Made by a program: the position numbers and the translations under genes. From positions 1,536,001 to 1,600,000 of the forward strand of contig CAXXMV010000008.1 in NCBI GenBank assembly GCA_963662285.2: a stretch of DNA of 64,000 nucleotides, given 5' to 3'. This DNA comes from a bacterium. GTDB lineage: Bacteria; Hinthialibacterota; Hinthialibacteria; Hinthialibacterales; Hinthialibacteraceae. Position 1 is the stretch's first letter; each line of letters starts with the position of its first letter. The notes beneath the pieces are model-generated. The model saw only the letters and a list, made by a program, of their open reading frames with translations. It did no database searches and was not told where the DNA came from. Positions 50,467-60,700 of the stretch are shown piece after piece.

Positions 50467-51229
50467 CTCTTATTTTTCTAATGGCCCCCTCTGGAGATTT
50501 TCCTTCCAACAAGCCAGAAGCACATCCAATAGCATCCCTCCAATTACCGGCATCTTTAATTATTTCAATTTTTTTCACGTCTTTAATACTTGTAGGCAAT
50601 CCACTTTCAGAGTCTCTTGTAACAAGTCCCTGCACAATAGCAATCTCTCCCCAAGAATCTCTCATTACATCCTTAAAAGAAGAATTCAAAAAACAATTAA
50701 CTACGTTGTTTCTCAACAATTCAAGCATGGTAATTTTATAATTTGGGTATCTGAATATATTTTGCACACGGCCTTGTATTGCACCAAAAGATTCCAGAGG
50801 GATAACTTTATTTTGTTGAGATTTGAGTATATCAAAATAATTCTTATCCAAAGAATGGGTTGTTTTTTCTGTACTAAAATTGATAGATTTAATACTCCCA
50901 TTAATCAAACCGGTGATACCAACGACAGGTTTTCGCAGGTCTTCCTCAATATCGTTTATTTTCCCAGTCTGCGCATTTTCCCCTATTTTTTCAAATTCAT
51001 TTACAATCTGATTTATGATAAAAATATCATCTTCTGTAGAAGGTTCACCCTCAATTGTCGCAAGTGCACTACCGGCTTTTAATTCTCTTATAATCCAATT
51101 GATAGGAGTGGCGCTTACGTATTTTTTATTCAGAGAGTGAATTAATTTTTTAAATTCCTGCATTGCTATAGAGAAATCATCAAGGCTGACCTCTCCATTC
51201 AATTCTATGGTTAATTTATTATTACTCAT
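50459..51229 (-). CDS. Hypothetical 256-aa protein translationally coupled to the PIN gene
   Basis: AT-rich. Its stop overlaps the PIN start by 8 nt. WIIRELKAGSA and a beta-rich C-terminal half. Start at ATG 51229 after AGGA; track start 51277 is also possible. Confidence 0.75.
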   Translation of the reverse strand: MSNNKLTIELNGEVSLDDFSIAMQEFKKLIHSLNKKYVSATPINWIIRELKAGSALATIEGEPSTEDDIFIINQIVNEFEKIGENAQTGKINDIEEDLRKPVVGITGLINGSIKSINFSTEKTTHSLDKNYFDILKSQQNKVIPLESFGAIQGRVQNIFRYPNYKITMLELLRNNVVNCFLNSSFKDVMRDSWGEIAIVQGLVTRDSESGLPTSIKDVKKIEIIKDAGNWRDAIGCASGLLEGKSPEGAIRKIRDA

Positions 51230-51752
51230 TTTTCCTATTTCGTGTGGCATTTCTTTACTCTTTTGCCTTCTAAACACTTAATGGCAAATTAGGTTCGTTT
51301 AAAATCTTCTACTTTGCAAGTAATGTATTTTAAAAGTAAAAAATGCATAATATATTTACATATATCCTGTAGAAACACGCAGAAATATATCGTTAAAATC
51401 AAGTTTCTCAAATCCAACAGTGTTCATCTGCGAATCGCACCTGATATGATCTTTTCTACCATGATTTACAACATCATGTCTAGAGAATTCCCATACAATT
51501 TCCAAATAAACACTAAATTAATCTATTATAATTATAGCGTTTTTCCTAACTCAATTCCACATTATCTACTCAAGATTCTTCCATACTACGTTTAACACAG
51601 ATGTATATAATGAACAGATTTGTCAAGTATTTAATTATTTTTTAAAAAATTCACTCACAGAAATAGTTCAACTTTGCTCTATGCTTCTATGCTATATATA
51701 CATATTATTGTTAGTATATAATAATTCAAAATAATGATGTGGGGAGATTAAA

Positions 51753-52910
51753 ATGAGAATCAGGGGTTTATTTAGAACGTTGGTTGTTTTTTCAATATGC
51801 TTATTCGCATTCAGCGCTTGGGCGCAACATGAAGCATCGCGCTTTGCGTCTTTTCATGCCGACTGGCCGGAGACGCTGGAACTTGATATTAATATCATCG
51901 TATCGGGTGAAGCGGGCGCCTTTACCGTGTCTGAGACTCCTCCAGTTGGATGGGAGGTCAGTAGGATTCTTTCCAGCGGTGATTATGTGGATGGCGTTAT
52001 CAGCTGGGAATCTTCTATTCGCAGAGCGGGTTTGAATAAAACACTGACATACACATTAACTCTACCCAGTCTTGATGCAGCAGTAGGCGTCTTTGAGGGA
52101 TATGTCAACGATGTGAAAATCGGCGGCTTTCAAATCTTTACGCCGGGCAAAGTGAATCCCGACATTCAAACGCCGATTAAATCAGGTTTGAATTATAACT
52201 ATTTGGTCTACTTGCCCCCATCCTATGAAATACAGGATGAGCCTATGCCGCTGATGTTCTTTCTACATGGCGCCGGGGAACGCGGATCGAATATGGAGTT
52301 AGTGAAAGTTCATGGTCCTCCCAAAATAGTGGAAAATCCATCAATGAAAAAATCACTTTTCGGCGACGCCGAGTTTCCCTTTATCCTGGTTTCTCCTCAA
52401 TGTCCAGCAGGAGGATGGTGGGAGAACGAACCTCTGCTTAAAGTGGTTAATGAAGTTCTGGAAAACTATGCCGTAGACCTATCAAAAATTTATATCACTG
52501 GCGTAAGCATGGGTGGATTCGGCAGTTGGAGTTTTGCCAGCGAACATCCTGAACTGATTGCAGCGGCGCTTCCAATTGCTGGAGGTGGAGATGTATTTAA
52601 TTGGTCAATTAAATCATACGCATCAAATGTGGATAATCTCAAAGCCGCCGACGCCAATAATCTGGTTGATATTCCGGTCTGGGCTTTTCATGGCGATAGC
52701 GACACAGTCGTTCCGATTGAACTTGATCAGGAAATTGTCGATCAAATTACAGAATTGGGCGGCGACGTTCAGTTTAAAGTCTATCCCGGAGCGGGTCATG
52801 TTGACTCATGGACGCAAACTTATAATAATCCTGACATCTATCCCTGGTTATTATCAAAGCAAAAAGGATCGACCGATTCTTATATAAATAATTGGTCAAT
52901 GTTTAAGTAA
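51753..52910 (+). CDS. Secreted alpha/beta-hydrolase (esterase/peptidase) with an N-terminal beta-sandwich and a Trp-containing tail
   Basis: FLHGAGERG, VSPQCP, ITGVSMGG (GxSxG), AFHGDSD and YPGAGH. Ends SYINNWSMFK. Confidence 0.88.
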   Translation: MRIRGLFRTLVVFSICLFAFSAWAQHEASRFASFHADWPETLELDINIIVSGEAGAFTVSETPPVGWEVSRILSSGDYVDGVISWESSIRRAGLNKTLTYTLTLPSLDAAVGVFEGYVNDVKIGGFQIFTPGKVNPDIQTPIKSGLNYNYLVYLPPSYEIQDEPMPLMFFLHGAGERGSNMELVKVHGPPKIVENPSMKKSLFGDAEFPFILVSPQCPAGGWWENEPLLKVVNEVLENYAVDLSKIYITGVSMGGFGSWSFASEHPELIAAALPIAGGGDVFNWSIKSYASNVDNLKAADANNLVDIPVWAFHGDSDTVVPIELDQEIVDQITELGGDVQFKVYPGAGHVDSWTQTYNNPDIYPWLLSKQKGSTDSYINNWSMFK

Positions 52911-52935
52911 ACGGGCTTTATGCAAGTACATTACG

Positions 52936-52970
52936 CGGTGGGCTTGATTAGAAATTCAGCCCACCGTTTT
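52936..52970 (+). terminator. Hairpin terminator, possibly REP-derived
   Basis: CGGTGGGCT..AGCCCACCG followed by TTTT. Confidence 0.6.
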
Positions 52971-52998
52971 ATTTCTAATTCTATCGGAGGAACATCAA

Positions 52999-55479
52999 GT
53001 GAAACGCTATTATATTTTATTGTTAGTTATTTTCTCGTTAGTCTGCGCTTACCAGAGCGGCGCCGCGCAATCTCAACCAATCGGCGGTCAAGCTTTGGAT
53101 TTGAATGATTCCAGTAATACGGTTGAATGGAACGCCCGATGGATTCAACACCCCATGTTCCGTAATATTCCCTTCCGCTATCAATACCGCAAGGATAAGG
53201 AAGCGGATGTATCGGGATATGAAGAGAAAGACCCCAGGAACATTCATACTCTGTTCCGTAAGGTTTTTGAATTAGGCGACCAAAAGATCAAAAGCGCTAA
53301 ATTGTTTATTACCGCTGATGATGTTTATAAACTCTATCTCAATGAGGAGTTCATCGGTCTGGGTCCGGCGCCCGGTTATCTGTTCGCCTATCCCTATAAC
53401 GCCTGGGATGTAACTGAGGCGTTGCAATCCGGTAAACTCAATTGCCTCGCAGTTCATGTTTATTATCAGGGGCTGGTCAACCGCGTATGGGGCAGCGGCG
53501 ATAACCTGCAAGGCTTGTTGGCGCAACTGGAAATCACTTATCAGAACGGGGAAACCGAAACCATCATTTCAGATGGGTCATGGAAATATCATCAAACCAA
53601 CGCTTATGATTCAGACCGGACTCTGGGTTACAAAACCCAATTCGCGGAAGATATTGACCTGCATCAGATAATGCCTGATTGGAAAACGGTTTCCTTTGAT
53701 GATGGGGATTGGGAAAAACCATTCGTGCGCGGCAATCCCACTCCGGGGCAGTATACCCTGGCCCCGCAGATCACTCCGCCATTGGCTTATGAAAAAGTTT
53801 GGCCCGAAAAAATTATTAAAACTGGTGAAGGCAGATACTTCATCGATTTTGGAACCGAATTGACCGGAACCACCTGTTTCCTCGTTTCAGGATCAGACGG
53901 GCATAAAGTGGAAATCCGCCACGGTGAAGAACTCATCAAAGAAAATGAAGTGCGCTTTGAAATGCGCGCTAGCTGCAAATATCAGGAGTTCATAACGCTG
54001 GCTGGACGTCAAAATGACCTGATCGAGTTTTTTGATTATAAAGGCTTCCGTTACGTCGAAGTGTTGAACTGGCCGGAAGAACTGAATAAAGATAACGTAT
54101 GGGTGCTCAACCGTCATTATCCCTTCCCCCAAGAGGCTTGCTCGTTCACCTCGTCCAACGATCTATTAAACCGCATCTGGCAGCTATGTGAAAATGGCGC
54201 CAAGCAGGGCGCGCAGGATACTTACCTCGATTGCCCTACGAGAGAAAAAGGCGGCTACCTGGGCGACGCTTACGTTACAGGTCAATCGCACCTCTATCTA
54301 ACCGGGGACGCGCTGGTTCTCAAAAAGACCTTGCAAGATTTCGCCTATTCGGCCCGCCTCTGTCCCGGTTTGATGGCTGTGGCGCCGGGTAATTTCATGC
54401 AGGAAATCGCCGACTATTCCCTGCTCTGGCCTATTATCGTTGAGCGCTATTATCTGTGGAGCGGCGATGAGCAATTCGTGCAATCAATGATCCCCATTTT
54501 GGACGGCCTGCTTGAGTGGTTTGCGCAATATGAGAATGAAACTGGTCTACTGGAAGCCGTCCCGGAAAAATGGAACCTGGTTGATTGGCCCAGCAACCTA
54601 CGCGACAACTATGATTTCGATGATAAAAAGATCGAGGGCGTTAACACGGTACTTAATCATTTCTACTATGGATGCTTACGGAGTTCCACCTGGTTATACC
54701 AATACACCGAAAAATCAACGAAAGCGCTCTCTACTAATAACAAAGCAACCCGACTAAAACAATCCATGCAGGATCAATTGATGAATCCAGCCACGGGCTT
54801 ATTCGTCGACTCGGCGGGGTCATCTCATTCGGCGTTGCATTCCAACGCCCTGTCTCCCATGTTCGGCGTTGCGCCAAAAGACGGGACTGATAAGCTGCTT
54901 GCGTTCCTGAGAAAGAAACGCATGGTCTGCGGAGTATATTTCGCCTCGTTCCTGCTCGAAGGTTTATACAATGCCGCTGAGGTTGATCTGGCTTATGATT
55001 TAATCACCTGTAAGGATATACATTCCTGGAACACCATGCTTGAGGCGGGCGCCACGACCTGCATGGAAGCCTGGGGACCCGAACAGAAATGGAACACCAG
55101 TTGGTGCCACCCCTGGAGCAGCTGCCCCATCTTCATCGTGGCGGGCGAACTAATGGGATTAAAACCGGGTAAACCAGGATGGGCGGAAATCGATTTTTCT
55201 CCCAAGCCACCCAAAGACCTGGAATCAGCTGAGTTGACTATCACAACTCCCAAGGGCGCGATAACAACCTCGTTCACGCAAACGGATAATGAGATCGTAT
55301 ATAAACTACTGGTTCCCGAAGGCAGCGCAGCCAATGTTACCTTCATAAATGCCAAGAGCATCATGCTTGATGGCAATCCAGTTAAGGCCAAGCAGCGTAT
55401 AGCCTCCGCTTCAGTCATATATAGTAAACTACCCATGCGCCTTCAGCCCGGCGAACATACCCTGAAGGTTTATCGTTAG
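52999..55479 (+). CDS. GH78 alpha-L-rhamnosidase-like protein
   Basis: ITADDVYKLYLN, FIDFG, GFRYVEV, DCPTREKGGYLGD, GATTCMEAW and SWCHPWS. Confidence 0.9.
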   Translation: MKRYYILLLVIFSLVCAYQSGAAQSQPIGGQALDLNDSSNTVEWNARWIQHPMFRNIPFRYQYRKDKEADVSGYEEKDPRNIHTLFRKVFELGDQKIKSAKLFITADDVYKLYLNEEFIGLGPAPGYLFAYPYNAWDVTEALQSGKLNCLAVHVYYQGLVNRVWGSGDNLQGLLAQLEITYQNGETETIISDGSWKYHQTNAYDSDRTLGYKTQFAEDIDLHQIMPDWKTVSFDDGDWEKPFVRGNPTPGQYTLAPQITPPLAYEKVWPEKIIKTGEGRYFIDFGTELTGTTCFLVSGSDGHKVEIRHGEELIKENEVRFEMRASCKYQEFITLAGRQNDLIEFFDYKGFRYVEVLNWPEELNKDNVWVLNRHYPFPQEACSFTSSNDLLNRIWQLCENGAKQGAQDTYLDCPTREKGGYLGDAYVTGQSHLYLTGDALVLKKTLQDFAYSARLCPGLMAVAPGNFMQEIADYSLLWPIIVERYYLWSGDEQFVQSMIPILDGLLEWFAQYENETGLLEAVPEKWNLVDWPSNLRDNYDFDDKKIEGVNTVLNHFYYGCLRSSTWLYQYTEKSTKALSTNNKATRLKQSMQDQLMNPATGLFVDSAGSSHSALHSNALSPMFGVAPKDGTDKLLAFLRKKRMVCGVYFASFLLEGLYNAAEVDLAYDLITCKDIHSWNTMLEAGATTCMEAWGPEQKWNTSWCHPWSSCPIFIVAGELMGLKPGKPGWAEIDFSPKPPKDLESAELTITTPKGAITTSFTQTDNEIVYKLLVPEGSAANVTFINAKSIMLDGNPVKAKQRIASASVIYSKLPMRLQPGEHTLKVYR

Positions 55480-55556
55480 AGCTAACATGACAGTTCAGTT
55501 ATATGAAGACTATGCTTTATACAAAGTGATTATTAGAATTTTTATAAGGATTTGTC

Positions 55557-55780
55557 GGGTGGCAAGGGCAGTGTATTTTCTGCCCTTGATTCAATTCACC
55601 TATTTCATTTCAATAATTTTTATCAATGTTTCACTAAGAACACAGAATCATAATTAATAGTATCGATATTGTGATTCAAGCGTCTACAATTCACTATAAA
55701 AGGATAAATAATCATAAGAATTATTCCTTTAATACACAGTATTTAAGTCAAGGGCAGAAAGGACACTGCCCTTGGCACCC
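55557..55780. mobile_element. REPIN-like inverted doublet of family-A hairpins
   Basis: GGGTGGCAAGGGCAGTGTATTTTCTGCCCTTGA (55557-55589) and TCAAGGGCAGAAAGGACACTGCCCTTGGCACCC (55748-55780). Confidence 0.8.
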
Positions 55781-55926
55781 ACATAGTCTTTAATCAAAAC
55801 AAAACTTGTGGGTAAAGATCAGAGGCTTGGGGGAGGGATAACGCACTTCAATTGTCTGACCTATTATGATCGAACATGGTAATATACATTACGTGAAGCA
55901 ATCAAATAGATTAAGGATACATTACT

Positions 55927-57699
55927 ATGACCAGCATCAGACTTGCATTATTAACAACCATCGCGCTTGTCACGGTGAGTCATACAGGAGTTGCGCAAGA
56001 AGCCAAGCAGCTTAATAAAGTGTGGGATACCTTCAGCGACTGCTGGACGGCGACGGATAGTCTTGGGCGGCCTGTCGCCGATCACGCCATCACTGGCGAC
56101 GTGCGACCAGAAAAAACCGTGGCTCTTTTCTATTACATCTGGCATGGTCAACATACCACCCGGCTTTATGATATAGCCAAGATTCTTAAGCAAAATCCAG
56201 AGGAGCCAGTTTGGGGCCCGGTTCACGCCTTTCATCATTGGTCAGAGCCGCTCTATGGATATTACCGGGCCGATGATGAATACGTAGTGCGGAAGAATGC
56301 GCAGATGCTGGCCGACGCTGGCGTCGACGCTATCTTTTTCGACGTCACCAACGCGCTTCCCTACACCGAGATTTACATGAACCTGTGCCGCATCTATGCG
56401 GATATCAGAAAACAAGGCGGGCGCACGCCGCAGATCGCCTTCCTTACCAATACCAGTTCGGGCAAGACGGTTCAATCGATCTATGAAGACCTATACGCCA
56501 AGGGGCTGTACCGTGACCTATGGTTTTATTGGAAGGGTAAACCGATAATCCTGGCTAAATCCGAAGAGATGACCGAAGAACAGCGGGAATTTTTCACCAT
56601 CCGCCGTTCTTGGGCCTGGCAACCGGGACAGGATCAATGGCCCTGGCTGGAACATTATCCCCAAAAAGGCGGTTGGAGCGAGAGTCCTGATAAAATAGAA
56701 CAAATGGTTGTCGAAACCGCCCAGCATCCCCTCAACCACAATGATGGTCTGGGGCTGGGCAAAAGTTTTCACAATGGCGTTCAACCGGCGCCGGGCAACT
56801 ATCAAAGCGAAAAGGGTTATTGCTTCGCGGAACAATGGAAACGCGCCCTTGAGGTTGACCCTGAGTTGATCTTCATCACCCAATGGAACGAATGGATCGC
56901 CATGCGCTTTCTGGCCGATAAGCCCATGATGCTGGCCGGCAAGCAATTGCAGTCGGGCGATTCGTATTTCGTCGATTTATTCAGCATGGAATTCAACCGC
57001 GATATCGAACCGATGAAGGGCGGCTATCAGGATAACTATTATTACCAGATGGTTGACGGCATCCGAAGGTTTAAGGGAACGCGCAAGCAAGCGCCGCCAT
57101 CCGCAGCCAAGACCATCGACTTGAAAGATTTTTCAACGTGGAGCAACGTGCAACCCGAATACCGCGATGATATGGGCGACACCTATCACCGTGATCATCC
57201 CGGCTATGGCGAGCTGCATTACACCAATACTACGGGACGCAATGATTTCAAGATAGCCAAAGCCGCCCGCGACAATGACAACATCTATTTTTATATAGAA
57301 ACGGTTGAGCCTATTTCTCCAAAAACGGGAACCAATTGGATGACGCTCTTGGTTCAATTGGACGATTTGACCAAACCATCCTGGGAGGGATGGCATTACC
57401 TGGTTCAACCATCTAGCGACGCCAGCGATTCTCCATTAGCGCTTTATAAATCAAAGGGTGGATGGAATTGGGAAAAGGTTGGCGACATTACCTATCATCT
57501 AAATAAAGAACGCATGTCGCTAAGCATTCCACGTAGTATGTTAAGTATTCATAATGATATCAACATCCGATTCAAGTGGTCGGATAACATGCAGGAACAT
57601 GATCCACTGGATTGGATACTGAACGGCGATACAGCGCCCAATGGACGGTTTCAATACCGGTATGCAACAACAGCTACTATAAAGAAAGCCCAAAATTAA
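55927..57699 (+). CDS. Secreted GH99/GH71-like glycoside hydrolase with a C-terminal beta domain
   Basis: VALFYYIWH, EPLYGYY, DAGVDAIFFD and ITQWNEW. The family assignment is inference. Confidence 0.7.
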   Translation: MTSIRLALLTTIALVTVSHTGVAQEAKQLNKVWDTFSDCWTATDSLGRPVADHAITGDVRPEKTVALFYYIWHGQHTTRLYDIAKILKQNPEEPVWGPVHAFHHWSEPLYGYYRADDEYVVRKNAQMLADAGVDAIFFDVTNALPYTEIYMNLCRIYADIRKQGGRTPQIAFLTNTSSGKTVQSIYEDLYAKGLYRDLWFYWKGKPIILAKSEEMTEEQREFFTIRRSWAWQPGQDQWPWLEHYPQKGGWSESPDKIEQMVVETAQHPLNHNDGLGLGKSFHNGVQPAPGNYQSEKGYCFAEQWKRALEVDPELIFITQWNEWIAMRFLADKPMMLAGKQLQSGDSYFVDLFSMEFNRDIEPMKGGYQDNYYYQMVDGIRRFKGTRKQAPPSAAKTIDLKDFSTWSNVQPEYRDDMGDTYHRDHPGYGELHYTNTTGRNDFKIAKAARDNDNIYFYIETVEPISPKTGTNWMTLLVQLDDLTKPSWEGWHYLVQPSSDASDSPLALYKSKGGWNWEKVGDITYHLNKERMSLSIPRSMLSIHNDINIRFKWSDNMQEHDPLDWILNGDTAPNGRFQYRYATTATIKKAQN

Positions 57700-57730
57700 T
57701 TTATAGATATCAATAGATTCGGAGAAAATC

Positions 57731-60700
57731 ATGAATAAAACATCCTTCGCGAAACATCTTTGTTTAAGCATCTCTCTCTTGTTTATCCTATCATATCAGA
57801 GCCATGCGCAATCATCCGTCAGCGATTTGTCCATCGATTCACTGCAATGTGAATACCTGACCAATCCATGCGGTATTGATGAGACGGCGCCCCGGCTTAG
57901 TTGGATAGTGAAATCTGAAACCAGGGGGCAGAAGCAGACCGCTTATCAAATTCTGGTCGCATCAAATCCCGACATACTGGCATCAGATAAGGGAGACTTG
58001 TGGGACAGCCGCAAGATAGAGAGCAGCGAAACCGTGAATATTGTTTATTGCGGTAAAAATCTGCTTTCGCGTAAGGTCTGCTATTGGAAAGTGCGCGCCT
58101 GGGATAAGGATAGCCGCGCCTCTTCGTGGAGCAAGCCAGCGCAATGGTCTATGGGTCTCCTTCAGCCAAACGATTGGAAAGCGGAGTGGATCAGTTTCAA
58201 AGACGATGCGCCCATCCAAGCGACTCCACAGAATATGGAACTTCCCCCCGCCCGCTATTACCGCAAATCCTTTTCACTCAATAAAACAATACAACGCGCC
58301 ACTATCTATTCAACGGCGCTTGGAATTTACGAACTGCAAATCAATGGTGAACGCATCACCCGGCAAATGTTCACTCCCGGATGGTCTGATTATAACCAAC
58401 GGGTTTACTACAACACGTTTGACGTAACCGGGATGATCAAAAGAGGAAAGAACGCACTGGGCGCCATCGTGGCGGATGGCTGGTACAGTGGATACCTGGG
58501 CTACGCCCTGCTGGTTGGCTATGGCCCCGACAAATGCGGACGTTACATCTATGGCAAGACGCCCAGTTTGATGACCCAGTTGGAAATTGAATATCAGGAT
58601 GGCTCAAAGTCTATCATCAAAACCGATAAAACCTGGAAAGTAAGCACTGGCCCCATTGTTCATTCCGACATGCTGATGGGTGAAACCTATGACGCGCGTC
58701 TGGAACAAAAAGGTTGGAGCACATCAGAATACAGCGATATTACCTGGGATAACGCTATCAGGGCGGAGGAAAACGGCAGTCTCAAAAAGACATTCTACGA
58801 TCAAGGCGGGGCGCGTGAAATTGACTTGGGTTTCAGCACTCCAAAAAAAATCCAAGCCTATCCTTCCGTTCCAATACAACCTACTGAATTAATTAATCCG
58901 GTTGAAATCACCGAACAGGCGCCCGGCGTTTATATTTTCAACCTGGGTCAAAACTTTTCCGGCGTCGTACGAATTAAAGTCCACGGCGAGGAAGGTTCTA
59001 AAATCCAAATCCGTCATGGTGAAATGCTGCATCCCGATGGCCGCCTGATGACCGAAAACCTGCGCAAAGCCAAAGCGACTGACGAATATATTCTGCGGGG
59101 CGATGAAGGCTATGAAACCTGGATGCCGCGCTTCACCTATCATGGATTCCAATTCGTCGAGTTGACCGGACTGACTGAAAAACCAACCCTCGAAACTGTC
59201 ACCGGCATCGTCATCCATTCCGACACGCCGATGGTCAGTTCGTTTGAATGTTCCGACCCCATGGTAAATAAACTTTTCAAAAACATCACCTGGACCCAAC
59301 GCGCTAATTTCTTCGAGATTCCCACCGACTGCCCGCAACGCGATGAGCGGTTCGGCTGGACTGGCGATGCTCAGATCTACGTACGCGCCGCCTGCTATAA
59401 CGCCGACGCCGCCGCCTTCTACACCAAGTGGCTCGACGACCTGGAAGAAGCGCAGTTGCCCAATGGCGCCTATCCCGATTACGCGCCTTATCCCATGATG
59501 CATGGCAAACCGCAGCGGGGATTCGCCACGGCCTGGATGGACGCGGGAATCATCTGCCCCTACACCGTTTATAAAGTCTACAACGACCTGCGCGTCATCG
59601 AACGGCATTACGACTCAATGCAACGCTTTATGCAATTCCGTCAGACCAACAGCCCCGACTACCTGGGCGTCAATATCGGTAATGGCTGGGGCGACTGGCT
59701 GTCGCTGGATCAGAACACGCCCATTGAATATATCGACACGGTATATTTCGCCAACAGCGCCAAATTGATGTCTGAAATGGCCGCCGCTATTGGTAAAACA
59801 GATGACGCCGAAACTTACCAAAAGTTATTCCAAAACATCAAAAACGCTTTCCAGGAAAAATATATCGATGCGGAAGGCAAACTGACCATCGACAACCAAA
59901 CCACCTACGCCATCGCGCTTGACGTGGACCTGATTCCCGACAAATTCCGCCAATCAGCGGCGGATCGGCTGGTTGAACTGATCGAGCAAAACGAAACCCG
60001 CATGAGCACCGGATTCCTGGGAACCCGTCCGCTATTGCCCGTGCTTACAGATACAGGTCATAACGACCTGGCCGTACAACTGCTGCAAAGCCGCCGCTTC
60101 CCATCATGGGGCTATGAAGTAGCCAACGGCGCGACGTCGATCTGGGAACGTTGGAATAGTTATACCAAAGACAAGGGGTTCTTCAGCGTCTCCATGAATT
60201 CATTCAGCCACTATTCATTCGGCGCGGTATGCGAGTGGATGTTCCGCGACCTGGCCGGGATCGACGCGCAAGAGGGCGGGTTTAAAAATATCATCATCAA
60301 ACCTAATCCCCCCACGCCGGGATCAAATCCAGAGCACAAAGCGATCAACTGGGTCAAAGCGCAATACAAATCAAACCGGGGTCTGATCAAAACCCAATGG
60401 AAACTAGAAGCCGACCAGTTTCAACTGGACGTTGCGATTCCCGCCAACACTCAGGCGACGGTCTATTTACCTGCTGTTGCGCTAAACAAAGTTATGGTCA
60501 ACGATAAAAACGTAGATAAAGCCGATGGAGTAAGCGTGACAGGTATGGAGGAGGATCGGACCATACTGACCATCGAATCTGGACAGTACCGCTTCGAATC
60601 AACCATGAATGTTAGTGCTCCAAAGAAAACAACATCACTGTTCCAAGGCAAGCCGTATAAAGGCGGAGATACTTTCGCCGATACATGGGTCGCCACCGAC

